Shown here piece after piece: positions 20,136 to 28,553 of a stretch of 64,000 bases of DNA; the first letter of the stretch is position 1, and each line of letters opens with the position of its first letter. Source of the stretch: Candidatus Mycalebacterium zealandia (GTDB lineage Bacteria > Desulfobacterota_D > UBA1144 > Nemesobacterales > Mycalebacteriaceae); NCBI GenBank assembly GCA_014075295.1, contig CP046180.1:954458-1018457 (forward strand). Direction: 5' to 3'. The notes below the pieces were generated by a model. It saw only the letters and a list, made by a program, of their open reading frames with translations, was not told where the DNA came from and ran no database searches. The translations under genes were made by a program, and so were the position numbers.

Positions 20136-21851
20136 TCACGCGACATCAACCGGGTCAAAGATCATCTGATTCATCGCCTCGCCGGGCGAAATCATCGGAT
20201 AGACCATCTCTTCGGGGTCAACTTTGATTTCCATCAAAACAACTCCTTTGGCTTCAAGTCCCTGTTTAAAAACCCCTTCAAGCTCTTCGGTTTTTTCGGC
20301 TTTCAAACCGGTCGCTCCGAAGGATTCGGCAAGTTTGACGAAATCCGGAAGGACGTTGAATTTGGAGCATGAGTAGTTTCCGTCAAAAAACATTGTCTGC
20401 CACTGCCGCACCATTCCGTGGTGTTCGTTGTTGAAAACCACAATTTTGAGGTCAAGCCCGTATTCAACGGCGACCGCGAGTTCCTGCATATTCATCTGGA
20501 AACTCCCGTCTCCGGAAACGCTTATGACAAGGTCGTTGGGCTTTGCGAATTTCGCGCCCATCGCGGCGGGAAACCCGAATCCCATTGTTCCAAGTCCGCC
20601 GGACGTTATGTGGCTGCGCGGACGGTTGAATTTGTAGAACTGCGCCACCCACATCTGATGCTGACCGACATCGCTCACAATTGTGGCTTCCCCGTCCGTC
20701 ATCGTGTGCAACATGTCAATGGCGTGGGTCGTCTGGATTTTGTCCGCATGCTCTTTGTGCTTGAGAGGGTGCTGTTTGTCCCACTTGCTTATCTGCTCTC
20801 TCCACGCGTCTCTCTCTGAGAGGTCAATGTCAGCCGGAAGGGCATCCATTATCTGCTCCAGAACCTGCTTCGCGTCCCCGACAATAGGACAGTCAACGTT
20901 GATGTTTTTGTCTATCGTTGAGGGGTCAATATCTATATGAATTATCTTTGCGTTCGGCGCAAACTGGTCAAAATTGCCTCCGGTCGCCCTGTCGTCAAAT
21001 CTTGCGCCAATTGAGACGACAAGGTCGGATTCGTGAACGGCCAGATTGGCGGCGTATGAACCGTGCATTCCAATCATATTGACAAAAAGCGGGTCGTTCG
21101 CGGGAAATCCGCCGAGCCCCATAAGGGTTGAGGTAACGGGTATGCGCAACCTGTGGGCGAACTCTTTAAGCCGCTCGGTGGCGCCGGACAAAATAACTCC
21201 GCCGCCCGAAAAAATTATGGGCTTCTTCGCTTTCTCTATGAAGGAAACCGCTCTCTTGATTTGAGCCGGATTCCCTTTCAGTTTCGGTTTGTAGCCCCTG
21301 ATGTTGACATCTTCAGGAATGCAAAGCTCACCCTCGCCGATAAGAACATCCTTGGGCATATCAACCAGAACCGGGCTGGGTCTTCCAGTTGTTGCTATGT
21401 GAAGCGCCTCTTTCATCGCTCTGGGAAGATCCTCGGTTTTCCGCACAAGCGTGTTGTGCTTCGTACAGGGTCTTGTTATACCGATGTGGTCGGCTTCTTG
21501 AAACGCATCGCTCCCAAGATACTGAGTCGGAACCTGTCCGGTGAATATGACGATCGGCGCAGAATCCATCTGAGCGGTCGCTATGCCGGTTACGGTGTTT
21601 GTCGCGGCGGGTCCGGAAGTGCAAAGCACAACTCCGGGCTTGCCGGACGCTCTGGCATAACCGTCCGCCATGTGGGTTGCCCCCTGTTCGTGGCGCGCCA
21701 TAACATGAAGGAACTTTCCTTCCTTCTCGTATTCGGTCATAACATCGTAAACCTTGAGGACATAGCCCCCGGGCAGACCGAAAACGACTTCAATACCCTC
21801 GTGAATGAGGGTCTCAAAAAACATCTGCGCTCCGAGCATTTGTTTTGACAT
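20136..21851 (-). CDS. ilvB: Acetolactate synthase large subunit
   Basis: RHEQGATH, DVGQHQMW, SGGLGTMGFG, GDGSFQMN; AAGGAGG SD before ATG 21851. Confidence 0.98.
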   Translation of the reverse strand: MSKQMLGAQMFFETLIHEGIEVVFGLPGGYVLKVYDVMTEYEKEGKFLHVMARHEQGATHMADGYARASGKPGVVLCTSGPAATNTVTGIATAQMDSAPIVIFTGQVPTQYLGSDAFQEADHIGITRPCTKHNTLVRKTEDLPRAMKEALHIATTGRPSPVLVDMPKDVLIGEGELCIPEDVNIRGYKPKLKGNPAQIKRAVSFIEKAKKPIIFSGGGVILSGATERLKEFAHRLRIPVTSTLMGLGGFPANDPLFVNMIGMHGSYAANLAVHESDLVVSIGARFDDRATGGNFDQFAPNAKIIHIDIDPSTIDKNINVDCPIVGDAKQVLEQIMDALPADIDLSERDAWREQISKWDKQHPLKHKEHADKIQTTHAIDMLHTMTDGEATIVSDVGQHQMWVAQFYKFNRPRSHITSGGLGTMGFGFPAAMGAKFAKPNDLVISVSGDGSFQMNMQELAVAVEYGLDLKIVVFNNEHHGMVRQWQTMFFDGNYSCSKFNVLPDFVKLAESFGATGLKAEKTEELEGVFKQGLEAKGVVLMEIKVDPEEMVYPMISPGEAMNQMIFDPVDVA

Positions 21852-21953
21852 CGGAACACCTCCTTTGAACACTCGGCTCCGAAACAACCGCGATGCTTTC
21901 GCCGCGCTCCGGCAGAACCGAAATTTGCTCCCGTTTGCTACGGAAGCGGTGAA

Positions 21954-21981
21954 ATTATATGCGCACAGAAAAAATTTTCAA
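21954..21981 (-). promoter_or_regulatory. sigma70 promoter of ilvBNC
   Basis: TTGAAA-16 nt-TATAAT about 100 nt upstream of ilvB. Confidence 0.65.
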
Positions 21982-22006
21982 GAAAATTGTTAAATGTGAA
22001 GAAATA

Positions 22007-22915
22007 CTAACTGTCTAATCTTACCTTTTTCTCCAGCAAGTAGTTGCAAAACGCACTACATATAACAAGCATAAATTTTGCATCTTCAAAAGAGGCTTTC
22101 ATATCATTTGTTGTTCCGTGGCGAATACCATCTTCATCACTTGTGTATGCATACAACTTTTCCAAGGCAATTTTGAATGCCGGATGCAATTGTGTAGCAG
22201 ATTCTACTTCGTTTATACAATCTGATAATGTCGCATTGGACTTGCTGGCAATCTCTTTGCAGATTTGTTCTACGGCACTAATTGATTCTTTGATGGAATT
22301 TTCGTAGTCGGGGTTTTTTCTGTCATATAAGTGGTCGATTGCTTTCTCTATGTGAGGAGAGTGTTGAACAGCTTTCTCTACGGACTGTTTTTCCTCTTCG
22401 CTATCAAGGTCTGTTATTTGACCTTTTATAAGTCGGTATCCAACACATTGTTCTCTGAATACATCATTAAACTCATTGGTAAGTTGCTGAATAATTTCTG
22501 ATGATTGGTCATCAACAAGAAGGTCAATGAAGTCAAGTTTGTCATTATAAGAACTATCAAAAAAGAAACTACGATATTGTTTATATGAATCATCATTAAG
22601 CTTATATGACCATTCGTTGATAAGTTTACGTCCTATGGATTTAGGTCTAGGGTGAGAATCGTAAATTCCAGTAAATCTATCTAGGGGTTTTTCTAACAAT
22701 TCAGAGTGAATTTTTCTCATAGAATTAGTGACTTTCTGCCTATGTTCTTCCAGTTCTTCTATGCGGGAATAGGAACTTCCGAAATCCTGATTCCCCCCTT
22801 CAAAGAATTTAGTAACAACATCCCAAATTTTATTCTCTGTTACGGCATCAAACTCATCCTTTTGGAGAGTGGGCGACTCTTTCAAACCCTTTCTATAAGA
22901 AAATGTTTTCTTCAT
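22007..22915 (-). CDS. AbiJ-NTD4-like / HEPN-like protein (putative abortive-infection type)
   Basis: AT-rich ORF; N-terminal FSYRKG; C-terminal SIKESISAVE…LHPAFKIALEKLYAYTSDEDGIRHG…EDAKFMLVICSAFCNYL; family recognised from memory. Confidence 0.6.
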   Translation of the reverse strand: MKKTFSYRKGLKESPTLQKDEFDAVTENKIWDVVTKFFEGGNQDFGSSYSRIEELEEHRQKVTNSMRKIHSELLEKPLDRFTGIYDSHPRPKSIGRKLINEWSYKLNDDSYKQYRSFFFDSSYNDKLDFIDLLVDDQSSEIIQQLTNEFNDVFREQCVGYRLIKGQITDLDSEEEKQSVEKAVQHSPHIEKAIDHLYDRKNPDYENSIKESISAVEQICKEIASKSNATLSDCINEVESATQLHPAFKIALEKLYAYTSDEDGIRHGTTNDMKASFEDAKFMLVICSAFCNYLLEKKVRLDS

Positions 22916-22933
22916 TGTATTTGCCTTTACAAA

Positions 22934-23113
22934 TCAACCCCTGATTTCTCGGAGAATATCGGCTTGACTACCAAGTGCATACGCCGAGTTCACAATAAAG
23001 AAGCCAAAATTGTTGGACTTGGCTTCGTCTATGGCGGAGAGAACCAACTTCTTCTGTTTGCCCTCAATGCCATTCCTCGCAAAAAACTCATCAACACGCT
23101 CACCATTAATCAC
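22934..23113 (-). CDS. 59-aa hypothetical ORF or gene fragment
   Basis: GTG overlaps the nuoL TGA; open frame MINGERVDEFFARNGIEGKQKKLVLSAIDEAKSNNFGFFIVNSAYALGSQADILREIRG. Confidence 0.4.
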   Translation of the reverse strand: MINGERVDEFFARNGIEGKQKKLVLSAIDEAKSNNFGFFIVNSAYALGSQADILREIRG

Positions 23114-25041
23114 ATCTTCACCGACACAATCACAAGCAGAACAATAAATACCACCATAGCGGCGGTATAAGCCCTCACAAAACCGCTTTGGAGAATACTG
23201 AAAAACCGCGCGAGCCTTTTCGTCGCGTCCGCAACACCGTTCACCGCGCCGTCCACAACGGAAGTATCAAACTCCGCGAAAGATTTTGAAAAATGCCTGA
23301 ATGGAACCGAAAACACCTTTTCGTAAAACTCATTGAGCAGAATTTGAGAATGCGAAAACCTTCTCGCCGCGCCGATTGCCGTGGTTTCCACAATTTTCTC
23401 CCGCAAGCGCGGAGAGGCTTGGTATAACAGAAGCGCGGCACCGATTCCGCCAAACGCGGCAATCACCGAAACAAGCGCAAGGGTGTAATGGCTGAGCCCG
23501 CCGTTGGCGGAGGGAACAAACACGCCCGTAACAGGCTCAAGAAAATGCGTAAGAAACTCTTCACCGAACGGAAAAAACTCCGAGAGAAAATGTGGGACGG
23601 AAAGAAAACCGCCAAAAATCGCGAGCGCCGCAAGGCACACGAGAGGAATCGTCATAACTGGCGGAGACTCATAGATTTTTTCCGCCGCTTCGGGCGGAGT
23701 GTTGTTTCCGCCCTCAAAAACGCGGAGATAAAGCCGCATCATATAAAACGCCGTCAGCATCGCGCCGAAAACAGCGGCGACCCAGTGCAAAACAAAACCG
23801 CCGTCATAAACAGCGGCAAGAATGGAATCCTTGCTGAAAAATCCCGCAAAAAACGGCACGCCTGAAATTGCCAGAGTTCCAATGAGAAAAGTGAACGCGG
23901 TAACGGGGATTTTTTTTCTCAATCCACCCATAAATTTCATATCCTGCTCGCCGCCCAGAGCGTGAATAACACTGCCCGCTCCGAGAAAAAGTAACGCCTT
24001 GAAAAAAGCGTGCGTTACAAGATGAAAAATTGCCACTCCGAACGCTCCCGCTCCCGCCGCCATAAACATAAAACCGAGTTGGCTAACGGTTGAATACGCA
24101 AGAACTTTTTTTATGTCGGTCTGGGAAACCGCGATGTAAGCCGCCACAAGAGCGGTAAAAACCGCCACTGTTAGAATGACAAACTGCGCGTCCGGCGCCG
24201 AGGAATAAAGAACGGCGAGTCGCGCGAGCATATAAACTCCGGCGGTAACCATGGTCGCCGCATGGATAAGAGCGCTTACGGGAGTGGGTCCCGCCATCGC
24301 GTCCGGAAGCCATACATAAAGCGGAAACTGCGCGCTTTTTCCAACCGCTCCGATAAAAAGAAGCAAACACACGGCGGTAAGAGCCCACTGCGGAGCGGCG
24401 GGAGCGGCGGAAATAATTTCAGAAAATTCAAGGGAGCCGAAAACCGCAAACACCAGAAAAATTCCCAGCATAAAACCGAAATCCCCTATGCGGTTCACGA
24501 CAAACGCTTTTCTGCCGGCATCAGATTTTGCTGAGTCATTGAACCAGAAACCGATGAGCAGGTAGGAGACAAAACCCACTCCCTCCCAACCGGCAAACAT
24601 TACGACAAACCCCGAGCCGAGAACGAGCAGAAGCATAAAAAACACAAACAAATTCAGAAGCGCGAAATAGCGCGGAACCGCGCCGTCTCCTTTCATGTAT
24701 CCGGCTGAATACACGTGAATCAAAAACCCCACCCACGTTATGACAAGTGTCATCACCGCGGACAGGCGGTCAAAAACAAAACTGAAAGATACCGCGAGTG
24801 AGCCGGAGGAGAACCATTCAAAAAATCTGAACTGCTCGGGCGAGCCGGAATAAACACCGTACGCGAGAACCGAAGCGCAAAGCGCGGAAATCAGAACTGC
24901 CACCGAACCGACAAAAGCGGACGCCTTCGCCTCAAAACCGGGCGACACAGCGTGCAAACGCCGGAGAAGTCCGGTTGAAATCAAAATGCCGTTGATGAAC
25001 GCTCCGGCAAGAGGGGTTAAAAGTATTAAAGGCAACATCAT
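23110..25041 (-). CDS. nuoL: NADH-quinone oxidoreductase subunit L
   Basis: GWEGVG, NRIGDFG, GKSAQFPLYVWLPDAMAGPTPVSALIHAATMV, THAFFKALLFL. Confidence 0.97.
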   Translation of the reverse strand: MMLPLILLTPLAGAFINGILISTGLLRRLHAVSPGFEAKASAFVGSVAVLISALCASVLAYGVYSGSPEQFRFFEWFSSGSLAVSFSFVFDRLSAVMTLVITWVGFLIHVYSAGYMKGDGAVPRYFALLNLFVFFMLLLVLGSGFVVMFAGWEGVGFVSYLLIGFWFNDSAKSDAGRKAFVVNRIGDFGFMLGIFLVFAVFGSLEFSEIISAAPAAPQWALTAVCLLLFIGAVGKSAQFPLYVWLPDAMAGPTPVSALIHAATMVTAGVYMLARLAVLYSSAPDAQFVILTVAVFTALVAAYIAVSQTDIKKVLAYSTVSQLGFMFMAAGAGAFGVAIFHLVTHAFFKALLFLGAGSVIHALGGEQDMKFMGGLRKKIPVTAFTFLIGTLAISGVPFFAGFFSKDSILAAVYDGGFVLHWVAAVFGAMLTAFYMMRLYLRVFEGGNNTPPEAAEKIYESPPVMTIPLVCLAALAIFGGFLSVPHFLSEFFPFGEEFLTHFLEPVTGVFVPSANGGLSHYTLALVSVIAAFGGIGAALLLYQASPRLREKIVETTAIGAARRFSHSQILLNEFYEKVFSVPFRHFSKSFAEFDTSVVDGAVNGVADATKRLARFFSILQSGFVRAYTAAMVVFIVLLVIVSVKM

Positions 25042-25337
25042 CCGCGAAAGTTTCTTATCAAATCTATGTTCAGACTTTTCAGCCCGGAGTAGAGAACAAT
25101 AACCAGCGCAAGCCCGATTGCGACCTCCGCCGCCGCCACCGTTATGGAAACCAGAACCAGCACATTGCCCGCTCCGTCTTCAAAAAGCCGCGAAAACGCT
25201 ATGAGGCAAAGGTTTGCCGCATTAAGCATAATCTCAACCGACATCAGAACAACAAGAATGTTTTTTCTTGTGAACACACCGAAAGCCCCAATGACAAAAA
25301 GGGCAAACGCAAGCGCGATGTATCCGTCCGGCGTCAA
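25038..25337 (-). CDS. nuoK: NADH-quinone oxidoreductase subunit K
   Basis: MSVEIMLNAANL, VAAAEVAIGLA. Confidence 0.97.
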   Translation of the reverse strand: MTPDGYIALAFALFVIGAFGVFTRKNILVVLMSVEIMLNAANLCLIAFSRLFEDGAGNVLVLVSITVAAAEVAIGLALVIVLYSGLKSLNIDLIRNFRG

Positions 25338-25834
25338 CGCAGACCCCTTGAAATCGCCACCGTTCCGACAATCGCCGCCACAATGAGAATTGAAGTTACT
25401 TCAAAAGCAAACAGATAGTCCGTGAGCAAAAGCCACGACATCTCCGAAACTGTTCCGTCAAAATCTCCCGTGCGGGCTGGCGCGGCGAACGGGGCAATTT
25501 TCAGCCCGAAATACACCGCCGCGACAATCGCGGGCAGAAGAAATGACAGTTTTTTCGGAATCTCCGACGGACCGAATTCCTCGTCGCTTTTGCGCACATT
25601 GAGAAAAACAATCGTGAAAAGAAAAAGAACGACAATTGCGCCCGCATAAACAAGCACCTGAACCGCCGCCAGAAAATGAGCGTCAAGAATACCGAAAAGC
25701 ACGGCGGATGAAACGATTGTTACAACAAGTGAAATCGCGCACAGAGCCGTGTTTGGAAGCAAAACAACCGCAATCGCGGACACAACGGCGAGCGCGGAAA
25801 ATATGTAAAAGAAAAGCGACTCGGCAACGGGCAT
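25334..25834 (-). CDS. nuoJ: NADH-quinone oxidoreductase subunit J
   Basis: QVLVYAGAIVVLFLF, FEVTSILI; start at ATG 25834. Confidence 0.95.
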   Translation of the reverse strand: MPVAESLFFYIFSALAVVSAIAVVLLPNTALCAISLVVTIVSSAVLFGILDAHFLAAVQVLVYAGAIVVLFLFTIVFLNVRKSDEEFGPSEIPKKLSFLLPAIVAAVYFGLKIAPFAAPARTGDFDGTVSEMSWLLLTDYLFAFEVTSILIVAAIVGTVAISRGLR

Positions 25835-25842
25835 TTGGTTGA

Positions 25843-25870
25843 ACTTTACAGGAAATAGGGGGTGAGGCAA
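25843..25870 (-). promoter_or_regulatory. Putative promoter directly upstream of nuoJ
   Basis: TTGCCT-16 nt-TAAAGT, 8 nt before the ATG. Confidence 0.45.
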
Positions 25871-25904
25871 TAGAAAGTCTCAGTATTCAACACCTTGCTT
25901 ATCC

Positions 25905-27032
25905 TTATCTGTCCACCTTGTTAACAGTAGGTTTTGGTATATGCAATGGCATATTCGGATTTCCTTTTACAAATGGGGCAATACAAATAAGTCGGTGGGC
26001 ATTCTTGCTTGGATACCACTGTTTCCGCCAATGCATACGGACCCACCAACGCTTGTCCCACTCTGATTTACCTGTGCCTGGTTGATCTTTTATTTTTCTC
26101 CAAGTTACTACATTAACTTCAGTTTGGCTTACTGGTAAATCCATACCTATGCGCTTTCGGTCCGGTCGTTTCAATGCCTTTTCGCTTAGCACATCTACAA
26201 GTTTTTGCTCTAAGAAAGCAGTCATTTTTGCCGCAATAAAAAACCATGGATGATGAGCCGGTACGGCTGGTGCTACTAGCCTGAGAATATCTTTTTCAAG
26301 AGCTTCTGCTATAACCACTTGTTTATTATCAGGAATATTTTCCTCTACAGGGTTAGGATATATTCCCAACACTTCTCTCTGAGGCGTAATGATTATTGCA
26401 AAAGGAAAAAAGTTTTTTGAAAGATGTAATCTGTCAGCGACTTTGCCTTCATTAATCTTTCTAAACAGGTGAAACCCTACACCAATACCTTCAGGAAGTA
26501 TGAGCGACTCTGTTTCCAAGTTGTCAACATCGGGCATTGACAACACCTCTTCAATTTGTTCCGTGTGCCAATACCATGTCGGCATATCATCAAAAAACAA
26601 ATCCTCGAAATGAGATTCTAGCATTTGTTTTACAGCCTCTGCTTCCCCCGCACTGCTAGTAGAAAAATGAGAATTGACTATGCGGTCCCAACGTTTTTTA
26701 TCTGGTATATATCTTTTTATAATTTCATGTTTGGACAACATCTGTTGTTGTTTTGTTGTTTCCGCAATTTCTTTCCAGCTATCAGCGCCCTGAAAACAAC
26801 CCCGATTAATAAGGGTCTCCGTTATTCTTTCCACTGTGGGATGGCACTTTGAACATAGGGCTACAAGATTCTCTAGATTATCTGTCCCGCCGCGTCTTCT
26901 TGAAACAATATGATGAACATGAAGATTTTGCTTTTCAGGTTTATCCCCGCAAATCCGACACACCTTATCTCTTTCTCTTACTTCGGTGTATATGTCCGTC
27001 TCTGCTATTTTTTCCCATTTCCCCGACTTCAC
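25905..27032 (-). CDS. HNH endonuclease-domain protein with an uncharacterised C-terminal domain
   Basis: CRIC…HVHHIVSRRRGGTDNLENLVALCSKCH HNH motif; AT-rich; starts 1 nt after the nth stop. Confidence 0.8.
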   Translation of the reverse strand: MKSGKWEKIAETDIYTEVRERDKVCRICGDKPEKQNLHVHHIVSRRRGGTDNLENLVALCSKCHPTVERITETLINRGCFQGADSWKEIAETTKQQQMLSKHEIIKRYIPDKKRWDRIVNSHFSTSSAGEAEAVKQMLESHFEDLFFDDMPTWYWHTEQIEEVLSMPDVDNLETESLILPEGIGVGFHLFRKINEGKVADRLHLSKNFFPFAIIITPQREVLGIYPNPVEENIPDNKQVVIAEALEKDILRLVAPAVPAHHPWFFIAAKMTAFLEQKLVDVLSEKALKRPDRKRIGMDLPVSQTEVNVVTWRKIKDQPGTGKSEWDKRWWVRMHWRKQWYPSKNAHRLICIAPFVKGNPNMPLHIPKPTVNKVDR

Positions 27033-27033
27033 T

Positions 27034-27747
27034 TTATTTCACCCCGACCCTCATGCACCACTTACTCACCGGACAAACATCGCACTTTGGCGAGATGGGT
27101 TTGCAGATTGTCTGCCCGAACGCGACAAGCAGACCGTTGTATTCAATCCAGTATTTTCCCGGCAGTTTTTCGCGTAGCGCAAACTCGGTTTTTTCCGGCG
27201 TTTTTGTGCGCACATAGCCAAGCCTATTGGAAATTCTGTGAACGTGTATGTCAACACAAATCCCGGGTTTGCCGTAACCGAGTGTTACGACAAGATTGGC
27301 GGTTTTTCTTCCGACTCCATCAAAATCCAGAAGTTCATCAATCGTGTCCGGCACTTCACCGCCGCGCTCATTTTCAAGCCGCTTGCAAAGTTTGATTATG
27401 TTCGCCGCTTTTGTTCTGTAAAAACCAACCGGATAGATCAGTTTTTGAACCGTTTTCTCTCCCAGAGAGATAATCGCACGAGGCGTTTTCGCTTCGGCAA
27501 ATAATCTTCTTGAAGCCGCCGCGGTTGTTTCGTCTCTTGTGCGCAAACTCAAGATTGTGGAAATCAAAATCCTGAACGGGTCGCCGCCGTGCGTTTCCTC
27601 AAGGTTCATAACGGGCGGATTCCACTTTCGGGACTTAGTCCTCAAAATTGAGATGACTTTTGAAATGTTGGCGTCCGCAAACGCACCCTTATCAAAAGCC
27701 CGTATTGCGCGGGATGTTTTCGGCAACGGTCTATTGAAGCGGCTCAT
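27034..27747 (-). CDS. nth: Endonuclease III
   Basis: GVGRKTAN HhH motif, VDIHVHRISNRLG, C-x6-C-x2-C-x5-C Fe-S motif. Confidence 0.96.
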   Translation of the reverse strand: MSRFNRPLPKTSRAIRAFDKGAFADANISKVISILRTKSRKWNPPVMNLEETHGGDPFRILISTILSLRTRDETTAAASRRLFAEAKTPRAIISLGEKTVQKLIYPVGFYRTKAANIIKLCKRLENERGGEVPDTIDELLDFDGVGRKTANLVVTLGYGKPGICVDIHVHRISNRLGYVRTKTPEKTEFALREKLPGKYWIEYNGLLVAFGQTICKPISPKCDVCPVSKWCMRVGVK

Positions 27748-28489
27748 CGCCGCCCGCGGCGGCGCACATCTGCCTCAAATCCTCCCATTTTTGAAAGAAG
27801 CGCGCGGAAATTTCGTAAGACTCTTTCCACTTGCCCTCGTCAAGCAGGGAGAAAATCTTGGCGACCTGCTCAACCGAACGCTCCCTGTCAAGCGACTGCG
27901 GCGTCAGAACCGAGCACACATCGCCGTAGTTCAAAACCGCATAGCCGCCCTCCTCACGCCCTGAAAACCATCTGTCCATATTTCTCACACCTTTTTCCAT
28001 CCACTCAACCATCGCACGCAGTTTTTCGTGATCTGTTTTGTCAAACGCGCGCGAAAGAGTCTCTTCGGCGGCGGCGAGTTTTTCCCGCGTGGGGCCGACC
28101 TTTGTGTTGTAATGAATTGAACTAAAACCCCAGTGGGAATAAAAATTACGCCTGCCCGATTCCTCAAAAGCGGCAAACCATTCAAACGGAACCGCGTTCT
28201 CGCACGAAAGTATGTTGGGATTTTCCGCGCCGCCCAGAGGACAGACGTATAGAACCCCGTCTTCGCTTCTGATGAAAAAACAGTCTCTCACGGCGGGCTC
28301 TTCAACCCCCATGTGGTCGGCAATGGCGCGGCGGAAGTTCCCGTATTCATTACCGAACCAGATGCCAAACGGAGACATGGGACCTCCCCAATACTGCTCG
28401 TAAAAATCTATGTATTGCCGCCAGTATGAACGCTCATCTTCGGGCACGCTTTCAATGGAATCGTAGATAATGAGAGTGCTCTGCGCCAC
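27731..28489 (-). CDS. Conserved hypothetical protein
   Basis: About 250-aa ORF; GAGG SD before GTG 28489; fills the gap between neighbouring genes. Confidence 0.7.
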   Translation of the reverse strand: MAQSTLIIYDSIESVPEDERSYWRQYIDFYEQYWGGPMSPFGIWFGNEYGNFRRAIADHMGVEEPAVRDCFFIRSEDGVLYVCPLGGAENPNILSCENAVPFEWFAAFEESGRRNFYSHWGFSSIHYNTKVGPTREKLAAAEETLSRAFDKTDHEKLRAMVEWMEKGVRNMDRWFSGREEGGYAVLNYGDVCSVLTPQSLDRERSVEQVAKIFSLLDEGKWKESYEISARFFQKWEDLRQMCAAAGGDEPLQ

Positions 28490-28553
28490 GCGGCAAATAC
28501 CTCTCAGCAAGTATAAGGGCGTCTGTGCCGGCACGCAAAACCGCCGGCCGGTT

